DNA of 64,000 nt from Octopus vulgaris (Eukaryota). The stretch is taken from positions 50,034,001 through 50,098,000 of the forward strand of contig OX597824.1 of NCBI GenBank assembly GCA_951406725.2, read 5' to 3'. A program made the position numbers and the translations under genes. Below the pieces are notes generated by a model. That model did not search any database. It was not told the DNA's origin and worked only from the letters and a program-made list of their open reading frames with translations. This document shows, in pieces, positions 1-13,927 of the stretch; position 1 is the stretch's first letter, and every line of letters begins with the position of its first letter.

Positions 1-124
1 TAATTTAATCGGTTATGCATGGTAGCTGTGATTTAAGATCCATGCGAATACATGAACAAGTTCCAAAGAACACGAATGCATACCAGCTTACATACAGACA
101 AACGAACACATACGCATATGCACA

Positions 125-195
<71 letters not shown>

Positions 196-246
196 ACATA
201 CACACACACGCACACATAAACAATATAAATATGTATATATATATAA

Positions 247-332
<86 letters not shown>
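125..332. repeat. Compound microsatellite (CA)n-(TA)n-(GA)n
   Basis: Direct reading. Representative of dozens of similar tracts in the window. Confidence 0.97.
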
Positions 333-333
<1 letters not shown>

Positions 334-730
334 AAATCTATATATATATATTTACATTACGTACATATATATTAATGTATATCACATGCACATACACACG
401 TATATGTGTGCGCGTGTGTTCTTGCGCGCGCGTGTGTTTTTGTGTGTGTATGTGTGTGCATCATTGTATATGTCTGCATACGTGGCAAACAACACACCTC
501 TAATTCTTTGTTTGCCAGGAGCACCGGTGTGTCGATCAAAGAGATAGAGTCAGTCTGCCATAAGAACATCCCTTCTTACCATATAATTTACTGCCCTGTT
601 CTTTACACCAAGTCTTGCTATGTAGCAGGCCCCATACTACAAGCCTCCCATTCCTTCTCCCCCTCTCTCACTACAGACATATATATATACATAAGCACGT
701 ACACATATAGATATATATATATATATGTAC

Positions 731-764
<34 letters not shown>

Positions 765-2226
765 TTACACATATACATATATACATAGATGATTGTGTGT
801 GCTTGTGTGATTCACAACATGCTGTTATTAGACAAATTATCACACATTGAGGAACGTGACACAACCACAAAATGAAGTACACACACATACACGGACACAC
901 TTGTAATCATATTCATATAGACAGACACATGTACACACAGAGGCCAAACCAAGACATTCGTTGTTCGACATGCACATTCGCACGTATGTGAGCACATAAA
1001 CACAAACACAAAAGACAGATGTGGTGAACACAGAGCTGCCACATATCTCTGCTACCTCCACGGGCATCTACATCTGTTGTTTGAGGAGATGGTATTAATG
1101 ATTGTGTACATGTGTACGTGTGTACACCTATGAACCAAATACATACAAACACTCAAACACACACAACCACACACAAACACATACGACACACATATGGCTG
1201 TTGGATGGCACAATCAGCAGAATGTCATACAGAATGCCTTTTGATAACCGGTAAGATTCTGCGTTCAAATCTATCTCCGGTCCAATTTAATTTTATTTTT
1301 CTGAGGTTGATAAAACGGGTACTGGCAGGCCAATAAAATCGACTATACTCTTAAATGTGGTTCAGTATGGCCACATTCTCATGAGTGAAATAGTATCATT
1401 TTTTATCTTTTGATCAGGAGGAAAGGCAGTTACCCATGGCCTGTTATACAAGATCCATAAAACTGATGGAAGCAAGTCTTATGACCTGACTGCTTGCGAC
1501 AGTGGATTCCAGTAAAGGCACCCAGAGTGCCGGGTGGTGGTGTTAGATTAGGAAATGAGTTACGTCTAACGACGAAATAGGCTATGGCAGGGTTTTAACT
1601 CAGATTGCAAAGAACCCTCCAAAATACCGTAATGCATCCGGTCCGATGTCATACGGCTTCGGATTTGTTCTAATTTTTTACATCGACCCCGGAAGGTTGA
1701 AAGTATACGACTGAAAGAATGAAATAATATTGTGGTGTGTGACGAAACAAGCATATATACGTAAGCATAAAATATATGACATTCGATGATATTCTTAACT
1801 ATTATAGATTGTATTACATTACACTACATTATATCATATTATATTATATTATATCATATTGTATTATATTATATACATATTAACTTCAATTCTAAAGTTT
1901 ATAATATCGCGATATATGTTATATGCAATTATTGATTGAATAACGTTTCCAAGCACACAGTATACACACACATATATATTAAAATTCCTCTCTCGTTTTC
2001 TCTCTCGTTCTTTTTCTGTATGAGACAAAAGCGCGCGCGCTCACACACATATGTATAAATGAATATTTAATGTTGTTAATATAAAAAAAATTATAGATAA
2101 CAAATGCATTTATCGATGCTGAGACTTCTGTCCGTACAGTGAAGTTTATTAATTATATTAGATTTGACTGGTCGCGCGCGTGTGTGTGCGTATGTGCGTG
2201 TGTGTGTGTGTATGTATATGTATATT

Positions 2227-2306
<80 letters not shown>

Positions 2307-2519
2307 TCTCTCTCGTCGATTTCGGTGTATGAGTGTTTGAAGGAGAGAGTTTATATGAAAAAAAGAGAAAAAGAAAATTGTTTTTTTAAAATAAAAGAAG
2401 TTGCATCTGTTTGTGATAGATGCGTGAATATATGTGTGTTTGTGTGTGTGCATGTGTGTGCGTGCGTGAGTGCGTATGTGTTTGTGTGATGTGGTGTGTG
2501 TGCGTGCGTGCGTGTGTGA

Positions 2520-3503
2520 AGGGATAACGTCTGGGAGTGCATCAACAGTAAAAGAAGAAACATGGCAGAATATATGGTTAACAGGAAAGAAGACCTGTTA
2601 CAGAAGGCTGCTAGTGCAGAAGGAGTTAGCAAAAATGGACTTGAGAGTGCTCATGAATTCCGAACAAGTACAGCAAACGAGAGAGAAGCCCTACTCCGTA
2701 TGGAATTACACGGTCAGTTCCACTGTGAAACCAACAAATTAAAAGACCAGAGAACATCATGGAATACTGACAGCTTAATCATCGCGGCCCAGGACCAGGC
2801 ATTGAATACTAACTCAGTGACAAAGAATATATACCACACAAGTGCATCGGATCTCTGTAGAATGCGTAGGAAGAGAGTCGAAATTGTGACTCACATTGTT
2901 AGTGCTTGTGAAAGTCTTGCGCAGAAAGAGTACAAGCGTAGACACGACAAAGTAGCCCCCAACCTCCACTTGTTGCAATGCCGTAAGTATGGATATGAGG
3001 TTACGGGTGCTTGGTACCAACATACACCGGAAAAGGTAATGGACGAAAAGGGGCAGGCAAAAATCCTATGGGACTTTGATTTCCAGATAGACAAAGTGTT
3101 AGAGCACCGAATGTCAGATATAGTAACCTTTAAGAGGGATAAACAAGAGTGCCTAATAATCGACGTAGCAGTGCCAGGAGATCAACACGTCATCATGAAA
3201 GAAAGAGAAAATGTTGATAAATATGGAGACCTGAGAATTGAGATCGCTAAGATGTGGCAGCTATGAGAGTCGAATATAAAGGTTATCCTTATTGTCATCG
3301 AAGCATTGGGTTCAATACCACCCAATCTAGATGTATTGAAAAAGTCAGCATTATTTGGAACTGCACGCATATTGTGTAAAGTACTATCTGTCTGAGGTCC
3401 TTGTAGTGACTTGACAAACAGTACAAACCTCCAGTGGATACAGTATCTTCAGTCAACAACCTCACGACATTGTATACTGTGCGACGTCTGTAATGATAAT
3501 AAT
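2520..3503 (+). mobile_element. 5'-truncated R4/Dong-clade non-LTR retrotransposon fragment (CCHC + restriction-like endonuclease, 3' UTR)
   Basis: ORF 2562-3266 has AAQDQAL, a degenerate C..(C)..E...HIVSAC knuckle, YKRRHD, LWDF and LIIDVAVP. The C-terminus KSALFGTARILCKVLSV* ends near 3395, followed by a short TAA-like tail. Confidence 0.88.
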
Positions 3504-3504
3504 C

Positions 3505-6340
3505 TTTTCTACTCTAGGCACAGGGTCCAAATTTTTACAATACAGACGAATATTCAGAGTAGGCCCATTGACACGAGCCATTTTCGCAACATTTACCCAC
3601 CTTTCAACAAACTTTCTGGGGCAGGGCAGCAGTACTTCCCTCTCTATCCTCACCTTTCTTTTCAAGTGGAACTTGTAAAAGTAAATGAGGGCTCGGCCGA
3701 AGAGGAAAGTGTCAGTTTTCAGCCCTTTCAACCTCATCCACCCACCAGGTAGAGGGAAACTGCCTTTCCCTCCCGGCCGAAAGAAGGCGGCGGGGCGATC
3801 CTCACAATGGACTCGGTTGATAACCGGATCTGTTCTACACGTGACAGCAGTTGTACGACAAAGCTCCACAAGGCAGTAATGCATGCAGGGCCAAGGTGCC
3901 CAGCACCCTTTCTTGGTCTCCGCTTAACCCAGGACTGTAGCTCAACCAATGAGACGAACTGCGGAAAGTCCCTTTTGACAAACGGCGACCACACTTGCTC
4001 ACCGTTAAGGAAATGCAAGAGATGTTGTAGCCTCAGCGCATGTCTGTGCATCATTAGCCACGACATGCCCAGTCCTCCACTCAGCAGCTGTTGACAGCAG
4101 ATGGACCATCTAACGAGCGGAATTCGTCCCTTCCATTGGAAGTGGAAGTGCAAGCACCCCAGCTTTATCAGGCATGAAATGTAGCAAGAGACAACGGTCA
4201 GGCGGTAGTAGATGAAGGAAGCGATGTACGTATTCGCTACCTTCGCCCGACTTTTCAGAGACAGCCTCCTCTCTACCCATTTCTGGGTGAGATTGGATAC
4301 CCTGCTCGTCACGTCTCCCCCGCCCCCAGTTCTCGCCCACCTGAAGGTCTGGAGCAAACCAGGTCTCTCACTGTCCTAGATTCCTCTAACGCTATTTCCT
4401 TACAAAAACCTATCACCTTTACTTTAATAGCTCTTTTCAGGACTATCCACCAACGGCTGTTGACTATTGTGCTCTCCAACTCTCGATAGACTAACTTGCT
4501 AACCGGTGTCTCTGAAACTTGGCGCACCGGGAAGGACTCGTTCAGCTTCCAATGTCTGGGGCTCTGCTTATGGATTCTATCTATGTCGACCATACAGATC
4601 ACAAATTTATGGTCCGTGTTGCCGACAACTTTGAAACATGATCAACTTATACTACTTCTATCTACAGGCCTACAAAATACTCTATCTAGATACAATCTGG
4701 AAGACCCGATGCGGTTCGTCCATTCGTGAAATCCAGTCAGTATCTGTCAGCCGACTGGAAGCGGCTGAGCAGGTTTGTGAGGCTTTTACTCCCCCTCTCC
4801 TATCAGCTAGCCCCACCCTATCCAGGCGTGCGTCCAAGATGGCGTTCAAGTCACCCAGTAACCTTAAAGAGCGTAACGTCCCAAGGAAAACCTCCAAACG
4901 TCTGAAGAAATCTGGCTGTCCCGCCCCTGTGGGGACGTCGCTCACGTCTAGGACCGCCAACTTACTCTCTTGGTCCAAGAAGATCGTCCGAACTTGTGGG
5001 CTCCGGATCTGGCTCCTCTGAGAAACTGGCTAATGTTAATGGCGCGGACGTTCGGCTTTCCCACCTCATGCGGGAAGTCTCTCTAAATTTCTTTGTATAC
5101 TCTGAGGGGTAACCGTATTAACATTAAATGATCCGGAACCCTAAGGGTGCTGATGTTACAAATTGCACCCGCTCTTTCAATTTGCTTGTTTTTGGCTTTG
5201 AGAGCCAGCAAAATTTTGTTGGCTTTCCATAATTCGGTGTTTCCGTATTGACTGTGAGCTTTGTTTTGGGGGCTATGCCTGGTTGTGGGTGCATTGGTGG
5301 ATTTGGTTGGGGTGGTGGTTGTGGGGTTGGTGGAGCTGCTGTTGTTTTTGTTGTGTCTGTGTTCAATGTGTAGGGGATTTCTGTGCTTTCAGTATGTGAG
5401 CCACATCTATTAAAATTTCGCTAAGGGCCTTCTCAACATGACTGATGGAAGTTATTTTGGATCTCTTAATTTTCCGTGATATGCATTTGAAATATACTAT
5501 CTTTTTTTCTTTTGCCTCTATTATTTCGGGAGGTACGAACTCTGATGCCTTACCCCCGTCAACTTTGATGAGGTCTATTGCTTTTGAAAGTTCTCGAATT
5601 TTGTCCTCGAGAGAGATTGTAAACATTTATTTCTTTGTGTTTGGTACATCAGCAAACCCCTTGTTTTTGTTGTTGATGTCGTCGACGTTGCTGTTGTTGG
5701 TATTTTTACGGATGTTGCTGCTGTTGCGGTTGGTGGTGATGGGGTGGAGTTGTGGCCACTTCGACCGTTTCCACTCCCCACACCGCCTTCAATTGTAGCA
5801 TAATTGTCTTCGCTAAAATCCATTGTGTTCAGAATTGCGTTGCTGTTGCTAAGAGTACTACTACTACAGCAGCCGCTGTCTCCGCTTCCACCGCTGCTGT
5901 GACCACCGCCACCATCGCTATTATTGCCCTCACTACTGTTGCCAATGTTTTCACTTTTGCTACTACTTTGAACCTTTTCGCCCTTCCATTTTTCTTCCTT
6001 CTCTCTTGTAATGTTGTCAATAACGGAGGGAAGAGGAAGGAAATCTTCAGCATGCAAAAAGGCTTTCAGGAAGGGCATTTTTTTCCATAACTCTTCCAAA
6101 ATGCGTTCCACCATTTTGCTTATTTATATTGGCCTAAAACACTTACCAAATTAATCTGGAGCCGAATAAAGCCACGCTAGTGGCTAAACAAGCACAAGAA
6201 CCCAATGCCAGGTTCCTAGTGTTTCTGTTAACAGACTGAAACAATGCTTAATCGAAAAAAAAACAAAAACAGCAGCAAACGGGTGTAAACAAGTTTTGAA
6301 CAAGACTTATTTCAGGCGTTCGAAAATGCGTCTGTCGTGT
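3505..6340 (-). mobile_element. Decayed Tx1/L1-clade LINE with the RT domain deleted (ORF1 remnant, APE endonuclease part, C-terminal part)
   Basis: Peptides LLGDLNAILD, WKLNESF, LSLKSRAKVANTYIAS, GGLGMSWL and KRKVRIERE match ORF2 of the 36-43 kb copy. The 5' end shares GACAGACGCA with position 35703. Confidence 0.88.
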
Positions 6341-6469
6341 TCAGCAGTAAATATAGATGATGATGATGATAATAATAATAATAAATTAATAATAATAAGA
6401 AGGAGGAGGAGGAAGAGAAGAAGAAAAAGAAGAAGAATGTACGTAGGTGTATATGCGTTGTTTCTTTAA

Positions 6470-6654
6470 CTCACACTAGTCATTGGACCTCGGCCATGCT
6501 GGAACACCTCATTGAAGAGTTTTAGTCGAACAAATCGACCCCAGTACATTAGTTTCTTTCATTTCAAAATCTGGTTCTTATTCTATCGGCTTCTTTTGCT
6601 GCCCCGCTAAGTTTCGGGGATGTAAAGAAACTCCCACCAGTTGTCAAGCGGTGT

Positions 6655-6741
<87 letters not shown>

Positions 6742-6863
6742 ACGGGCTTCGGTTTCCGTCTATCAAATCCATTCAGAAGGTATTGGTGGATCTGGTGCTA
6801 CCGTAGAAAACACGAGCCAACGTGTCACGCAGTGAAAGAGAACCTGGAACCACGTGGTTGGGA
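6470..6863 (-). mobile_element. tRNA-derived SINE whose head is cut off at the mariner boundary
   Basis: Homologous to the 20824-21246 SINE, with an internal (CA)n. It stops at ...ccacgtggttggga where the mariner begins. Confidence 0.75.
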
Positions 6864-6867
6864 TATA

Positions 6868-8163
6868 TCAGTAAGCAACGTTTTGAAACACGAACTTCAT
6901 CACAATATATTTCAACAATGCGGGAATTTTATTCATCAAAGTAAGTACCATTAGAATCAATACATTTTTGCCAACGAATTATAAGTTTGTTTATTCTGGT
7001 AACATAAAAATCTGGAATTCTGAAGCTGATGAACTCTTTGAACGCACTTTCAGAATCGGATTGATTTTTGAACTCCTTCTATCGCAGGAAACCATCAAGG
7101 AGCTTGAAAGAGTGGGAGACAGTAGGAGAAAGGTCTGGGGAATGTGGTGGGTGGGGACGAACTTCGTAGCCAAGTTCCATCAACTTCTGGAGCGTCATTA
7201 GTGAAACATGTGGTCGAGCATTGTCATGAAGAATCATTGGCTCTCTTATGTTGACTAGTCTGAAACGGAGGAGTAGTAGTTTTTCGTTCATTCTGGCAAT
7301 TTCATGGCAATATGTTTCTGCAGTTATGGTTTTTCCGGTTTTAAGAATTTTTAATGAGTGAGTCCAGCAGTACACCACCAAGCAGTCACCATAACCTTCA
7401 TTTTGAAGAGCTCAGATTTAGAGAAGGTTTTCGGTGCTTCATTTTGGTCCAACCACTACGAAGAACGTTTTTATTATTGTACAGAATTCACTTTTAATCG
7501 TGAGTTACAATACGGTCGAGAAATGGATCGATCTGGTTACGGAAAAGAAGCAACGAACAAATTTCATATCTGCGCATTTTCTGATTCTCATTCAAATCGT
7601 GTGGTACCCATTTTCGAGCCTTTTTGATTTTCCGATCGCATGCGATTGGTTGCAGGCAATTTTCTGGCTAACTTCAAGTTCTTTGCCAGTTCTCCTGTGG
7701 TTTTACGTGGATCTTTCTGAATGACGGTCATCAATTGACCGTCATCGACGATAGTTCGGCGTTCACTACGCTCACGATCTTGAAGTCTCAGGTCTCCACT
7801 GCGAAATCGTCTAAACCATTTTCCAGCTGACCACTCACTGGTCATTTTCGTTGATATCGCAAGCAGTTTCAGCTGCTTTACGTTCGTTTTTGAAGTTGAA
7901 TAGCAAAATTGCTCGAATATCGCGTATTGAGAGTTCTATTTCAAATGATTGTAACAACGGTGAAAAAAATGACCATGTTAATTTATTGATGTACTTGGGC
8001 AATTTATCAGTCAAATGCAAAATGACCATGTTAATTTATTGACGTACTTGGGCAATTTATCAGTCAAATGCAAAAAAAGTGTTTAAAAAAATTAAAAACT
8101 CTGCAAAAATCCGGTACAAATTCTTCATGGTTCAAAACGTTGCTTACTTTTTACTCAACCTGA
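6868..8163 (-). mobile_element. Mariner (Tc1/mariner) DNA transposon, about 1.3 kb, with a pseudogenised transposase
   Basis: Motifs WVPHDL, LHDNARPH and HPPHSPDLSPT. TIRs TCAG(gttgagtaaaaag)TAAGCAACGTTTTGAA, with 13 bp missing from the left copy. TA on both flanks. A 53-bp tandem duplication lies at 7970-8075. Confidence 0.92.
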
Positions 8164-8172
8164 TATATATGC

Positions 8173-8209
<37 letters not shown>

Positions 8210-8397
8210 TGTTTATATATGTATATATATGTTATATGTTATATATATATGTATATATGTTTATATATGTATATATATGTTATATGTTATATATATATGT
8301 ATATATGTTATGCTTTATATATATATATGTGTATATATATATGTATATATATATGCATATATATATATATATGTATATATGTATATATATATATACT

Positions 8398-8454
<57 letters not shown>

Positions 8455-8457
8455 ATA

Positions 8458-8602
8458 TCGAGACAAAACCACTATTTTGCAAAACAAACAAGGAAAGAAT
8501 TAATCAATACATAAACAATTTTTAATATAAAGAAATAAACATTTTTTATGTATTGATTAAGTCTTTCCTTGTTTGTTTTGCAAAATAGTGGTTTTGTCTC
8601 GA
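8458..8602. repeat. Foldback with 58-bp inverted arms between (TA)n tracts, probably a PLE terminal remnant
   Basis: 8458-8515 is the reverse complement of 8545-8602 with one mismatch. Confidence 0.9.
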
Positions 8603-8690
8603 ATTATATTATATAATATTTTACTATAAAATTGGATTTAATCCTAAATCTGATTTTTCCCTGTAAATTTGGATTTATTCCCTAATATTT

Positions 8691-8778
<88 letters not shown>

Positions 8779-8807
8779 AGTGAGTAGACAAGCGAAAGGA
8801 GGGCATT

Positions 8808-9025
8808 AGGCGCATGGCCTAGTTGTTAAGATGTTGGACTCATGATCGTAAGATTGTGATCTCTATTCCTGGACCGGGCGACGCATTGTGTTCTTGAGCA
8901 AAACATTTCATTTCACTTTGCTTCAGTCCACTCAGCTGCTAAAAATAAGAAATCCTGCGACGGACCGGAGTCCCGTCCAGGTGGGTGAAACCCTTATGAG
9001 CGTGGCATAGCTCGAGAAGGAAACA
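8808..9025 (+). mobile_element. tRNA-derived SINE, degenerate
   Basis: Degenerate A-box tggcctagttgttaag and B-box-like tctattcctgg, followed by gtgttcttgagcaaaac. Confidence 0.6.
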
Positions 9026-9069
9026 TTATATACATGCATATATTTTTTCTTTTATATGTATTTTTCTTA

Positions 9070-9279
9070 ATTGTTTCAGTCATTTGACTGCGGCCATGAT
9101 AGAGCACAGCCTTTTGTCGAACAAATCGACCCTAGTACATATTTTTTGTGAGCCCACTATCGCTCTCTTTGTCTGAACCACTAAATTACGGGAACGTATA
9201 CACTCCAACATCGGTTGTTAAGCAATGGTGGGTGGGTGGGACAAAAACAGACATGCAAATACATACATACATACATACA

Positions 9280-9311
<32 letters not shown>

Positions 9312-9495
9312 GACATATATATATATATATATACGACGAGCTTCTTTCAGTTTCCTTTTACCAAATGCACTCACAAGGCTTTGGTCGGCCCGAGGTTATA
9401 GTAGAAGACACTTGCCTAAGGTCCCATGCAGTGGGGCTGAACCCAGAATCATGTGGTTGGGAAACCAGCTTCTTACCACACAGCTATACCTGCGC

Positions 9496-9497
<2 letters not shown>
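9070..9497 (-). mobile_element. tRNA-derived SINE (20824-21246 family)
   Basis: Reverse complement of the family head and of the gactgaaacaa tail, with internal (TACA)n. Confidence 0.85.
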
Positions 9498-9548
<51 letters not shown>

Positions 9549-9549
<1 letters not shown>

Positions 9550-9850
9550 GGAGGCGCAGTGGTTAGGGCAGCAGTCTCGCGGTCGTAGGATCGTGGTTTC
9601 GGTTCCAAGACCGGGCGTTGTAAGTGTTTATTAAGCGAAAACACCTAAAGGTCCACGAGGCTCCGGCAGGAGGTGGTGGCGATTCCTGCTGTACTCTTTC
9701 GCCACAACTTTCTCTCACTCTTTCTTCTGTTGGCCTGATCGCTTAGCCAGCAGGATGGCGTCATTTGAAGGTTAAAACAATGCGAAGCGCATTGTGACGA
9801 GCGATGTGTAGCAACATCTGAAAGCATGGTCGGTCAGGTGATCACGTGAT
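9549..9850 (+). mobile_element. tRNA-derived SINE, second family
   Basis: Head ggaggcgcagtggttaggg...ggtttcggttcc. A close copy lies at 43824-44127. Confidence 0.85.
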
Positions 9851-9931
9851 ATATATCATTTCATTTTTTTTTCATTTTTCTTGTTTCAGCTCAGAGCTGC
9901 GGCCATGCTGATGCACCGCCGTTATATATAG

Positions 9932-9984
<53 letters not shown>

Positions 9985-10030
9985 TAGATATGTAGATGAC
10001 CGATTGATGTACTTGGTACAGACATGGTTG

Positions 10031-10110
<80 letters not shown>

Positions 10111-10449
10111 AGTAATTTTTATTGACTTTTATAGGTTTATAATTTTATGAACTGAACTGTGTGTTTTTTTTATTATTTTTTATGTATAGGTCTGATTTAA
10201 ATTTAAATGTGAGTGTGCATATATTTTCCTGTAGGTTAGTTTTTGGAACTAGTAGCCCAATATGTAGAATAACTGTGTTTGTTAATATATATTGATATAT
10301 TTTGTTTTGTTGATTTTGTATTATTGTATTAATGAGTATATATATATATATATGTGTAGTATTATGAGTGTCTATGCACACGTTTTTATATTTTATATTT
10401 ATATTTATATGTATAAAAAAAATTTTTTCACACTTATAATATATTAAAT

Positions 10450-10560
10450 TCTCTGAAGAGTCCGTGGGGCATCCTTGTTAATGTCTCATTTATACCTGCC
10501 TTATATGGCTTATAGGTTAAATGAGGCATACTTGCCCTTACGGACGAAACAGCTGTCAGA
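10450..10560 (+). ncRNA. Type I hammerhead ribozyme motif (PLE-type) with long stem II and palindromic stem III
   Basis: tct-CTGAAGA-gtccgt...acggac-GAA-ACAGCTGT-C-aga. The core is intact and predicted cleavage is after C10557. Confidence 0.8.
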
Positions 10561-11779
10561 TATGATATAATTATATATTATATTTTATATTTTATATTTC
10601 TATTTCCTTGTCTAATTATATTTACAATATATTTTGTATAATGCCTTTACTGTTATGTAATGGTGTAATAAAGTATTGATTGGGTATCATCTGATGGTTG
10701 ATGCTTGATTGATTTAAGTATGTTTTCTCCATTTTCTAATTTTGTAATATATATATATATATATATTGCATATTAGAAATACATAGTACTCTGCAAATTA
10801 GCCTCTAGTTCTCTTTTATTAAATATTGCTTTTAAATTTCTGTTTACCGTCTTTCCCTCTCACCTCTTTCCTTCTCTATGACCGTGAATGAGTGTATGTG
10901 TGTATGTGTGTGTGTTTGAGTATGTGAGTGTGTATGTATGTATTTATTAAATACATATGTATAAATAAAAACATATATAAATATTTTTGTTATATGCGTG
11001 TGTGTGTGCACAATATTTTAAGAGTAAGGGATGTCGCTTGCATAGACCTCACTGCAAAGGTGGTACTTATTTTATCGACACCGAAAGAATGAAATACATA
11101 ATCGACCTCGACGTCATTGGAACTCAAAACGTAAAGAGCCAGAAGAAATGCCACTAAGCAACGTTTTGAGGTCGATTATGCATTTTATCCTTGTGTCTTG
11201 GTTGTTGTATATGCTTGAATTGTATTTTACTTTGTAATTAGATTTCTATACATGCGTGTATGTGAGTAATTCGCTAATTTGTAAAGTACTATTTGAAACC
11301 AGTCTATAACGCATATATAGAGTGACAAACTGTTTATCATACCGATCTACCTTTTTCGGAAAGTAGTAAAAACAAAGGTGGCTGATATTCCACCAGCAGT
11401 AGGCACTGGCTAGCAGGGGATGCATTATTTGCCGGAGAGGACAAAGCCAACAAATTGTAGGTTCACACGCAGCAGAAAAATCGTTGGTCGAGCACATGGA
11501 TTGATCCAAACGCATAAAGCAAGTATAGAAGTTATTCGCGACCTGATCAATCTGTCCGGTAGCTTACAATTACTTGTGGTGATCATTACTTAACTTTTAT
11601 CTATTTTTGCTTATTTACACACTTCTGCCAATATACATAATTTCAAAGCTCCTTTCCGGTTATCGGTTACCATATGCCATCATACAGCAGGATTACTCTT
11701 TTACTGGATATGCAAGTGGTAATGTGTTGGCATACGCTGAATTCATATAAAAATGCACTGTTTTCACTGTACATTTATA

Positions 11780-12135
11780 TGTAACAATATATATAAATGT
11801 ACTGTAGAAAACAAGTACACGTACATATGCATATATAGGTACAACTATCGAAACCTTCAAGAACCGCTGGAGGAACCATGCTACAACATTTTCCAAAGGC
11901 TGCAGGAGGCAATGTGCATCACTCGAAGACCTGATATGGGACCTCAAAAGGGGAAAAATTAATTACAGCACTACTTGGTCGGTACTACGAAATGCAAAAA
12001 CCATAAACACACACTCAAAAGCATGTGACCTTTGCCTGGAGGAGATACTTGAAATAACATTGTGCAATGATAAAATAATAAACAAACACTTGGTGATTAT
12101 CTGAATGTGTAGCCATAGACTAAAAAGCTCATTTC
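11780..12135 (+). pseudogene. Penelope-like element GIY-YIG endonuclease remnant
   Basis: Frameshifted translation NNIYKCTVEN / AYIGTTIETFKNRWRNHATTF / KACDLCLEEILEI / IINK...CSHR. Confidence 0.78.
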
Positions 12136-12578
12136 TAGAATTTAGAAAGAATATAAAATATACATTATGTTATCAATCCTTTATTTACTTCAAAATGTAC
12201 TTAATTTTGGTGATTACTTATAACGACAAGATTTTATTGTTGTTCACCTGAATTATGTGATAACTGTAATAATTTGTATGTTCCTATGATCATGTAGTAC
12301 ACCAATCTGTTATTTACTCGAAAATGATATTTTAATATTTCACTATCATTACTAGTGTATTTAGATATATAAAATTTTGTGTGAAACAAAAGACTCTGTA
12401 AACGTCTAGAAGAAATGCGTGGGAGGCAAAACTATGGATTTAATCTAAATCTATAAAGCGAGAGGAATCGTCAATAGTACGTATATAAGTGTGTGTGTAA
12501 ATGAGTATGAAAGTGTGTAAGTATGTTTCTAAAGAATTTTGGGATATAAATGTAAAAATACGTTATACCAGTGACAGC

Positions 12579-12657
<79 letters not shown>

Positions 12658-12729
12658 TGTATGTATGTATGTATGAATGTATACATACATACATACATAC
12701 ATACATACATACATACATACATACATACA

Positions 12730-12763
<34 letters not shown>

Positions 12764-13326
12764 CACACATATGTATATATAAAGAAAATAAGACAACAGA
12801 AAAAATCCAAGCTTCAGAATTTTTCCCCTCTACCAATTCAAGGACGATAGAACCTCTAGCCAACGAATTAGTAAAGAGATTCTCTTTATTACAAAATACA
12901 GACCCCTTTTGAACGCGTCTACAACAAACGACATATCCACCACAGCCTGAGAATAATACAAACACACACGCAAATATTAAAAATGATACACTCAAGAGAT
13001 TCCCAAGAGTTCATTAGAAAACTGTCCCAATCACTACTATAATCCATAACGAGAGTCTTTTAGGTCACTTGACCCTACTACTATCATACTACCTACATTC
13101 TTTCTTATTCTCCATTCTCTTTCTTTTTCTTCTTCTTCGTCTTCTTCCTCACCGCCACCTCCTTCCTAACTTTACCACTATTACTGTTTAGAAAAAACAC
13201 CTACGCATATTTTATAAACAAAACATTCAAAAGAGGTCTCAAGAATTCAATTACTACTACCATCCACGATGGATCACTTTCAGGGCACTTGAACATTTAA
13301 CACACTACTATCATGGCATTCCCGCA

Positions 13327-13510
13327 ATCATCATCATCATCATCATCATCATCTTCTTCTTCTTCTTCTCCTCCTCCTCCTCCTCCTCCTCCTTCTCCTT
13401 CTCCTTCTCCTTCTTCTTCTTCTTCTTCTTCTTCTTCTTCTTCTTCTTCTTCTTCTTCTTCTTCTTCTTCTTCTTCTTCTTCTTCTTCTTCTTCTTCTTC
13501 TTCTTCTTCT
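13327..13510. repeat. (CAT)n-(CCT)n-(CTT)n trinucleotide tract
   Basis: Direct reading. Confidence 0.95.
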
Positions 13511-13865
13511 TTCCTACCAAGAATTCACAACGATCTCGAATCCACAAGAGTAAACATGAGAGACAGAGACAGGCAGAAACAAGGAAAATGCCCCCTGTAT
13601 TTGAATACTATGCAAATATTCTTAAAAAAAAATTTTTTCTTTTACTTTTTCTAAAATCTAATTGTCTTCCATACTTACAGTTGAAAAAGTCTCAATGACT
13701 GAAACCGGTACTGAAATGTTATTTATAAAATTATATTAGAATTTTCTACCTTGACTCTTTCTTCCATATATATATATAAAATGACCATTCCAAAATATAA
13801 CAATATATATATACGGGAACAACGAAACAAAATGGAAAACATGACAAGTTAACACAGAGAAACGA

Positions 13866-13927
13866 CCCTTTATCAGTTGTCAGCTGTCTATTTACTCCTT
13901 ATTTCGAGCATTCAAAGACAATATGAG
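13866..13927 (-). ncRNA. Candidate non-circularly permuted hammerhead motif (copy with G8A)
   Basis: Minus strand reads ctcat-A-ttgtc...ctc-GAA-ataag...gacaa-CTGATAA-aggg. Confidence 0.5.

Noticed and set aside
1559-1765. Possible hammerhead (ttacgt-ctaacga ... gaaacaagc ... acgtaa)
   Set aside because: The core is mutated and stems II and III cannot be paired convincingly.
12101-12120. In-frame TGA in the GIY-YIG remnant as possible selenocysteine
   Set aside because: The TGA is not at a conserved Cys position, and the ORF is otherwise decayed.
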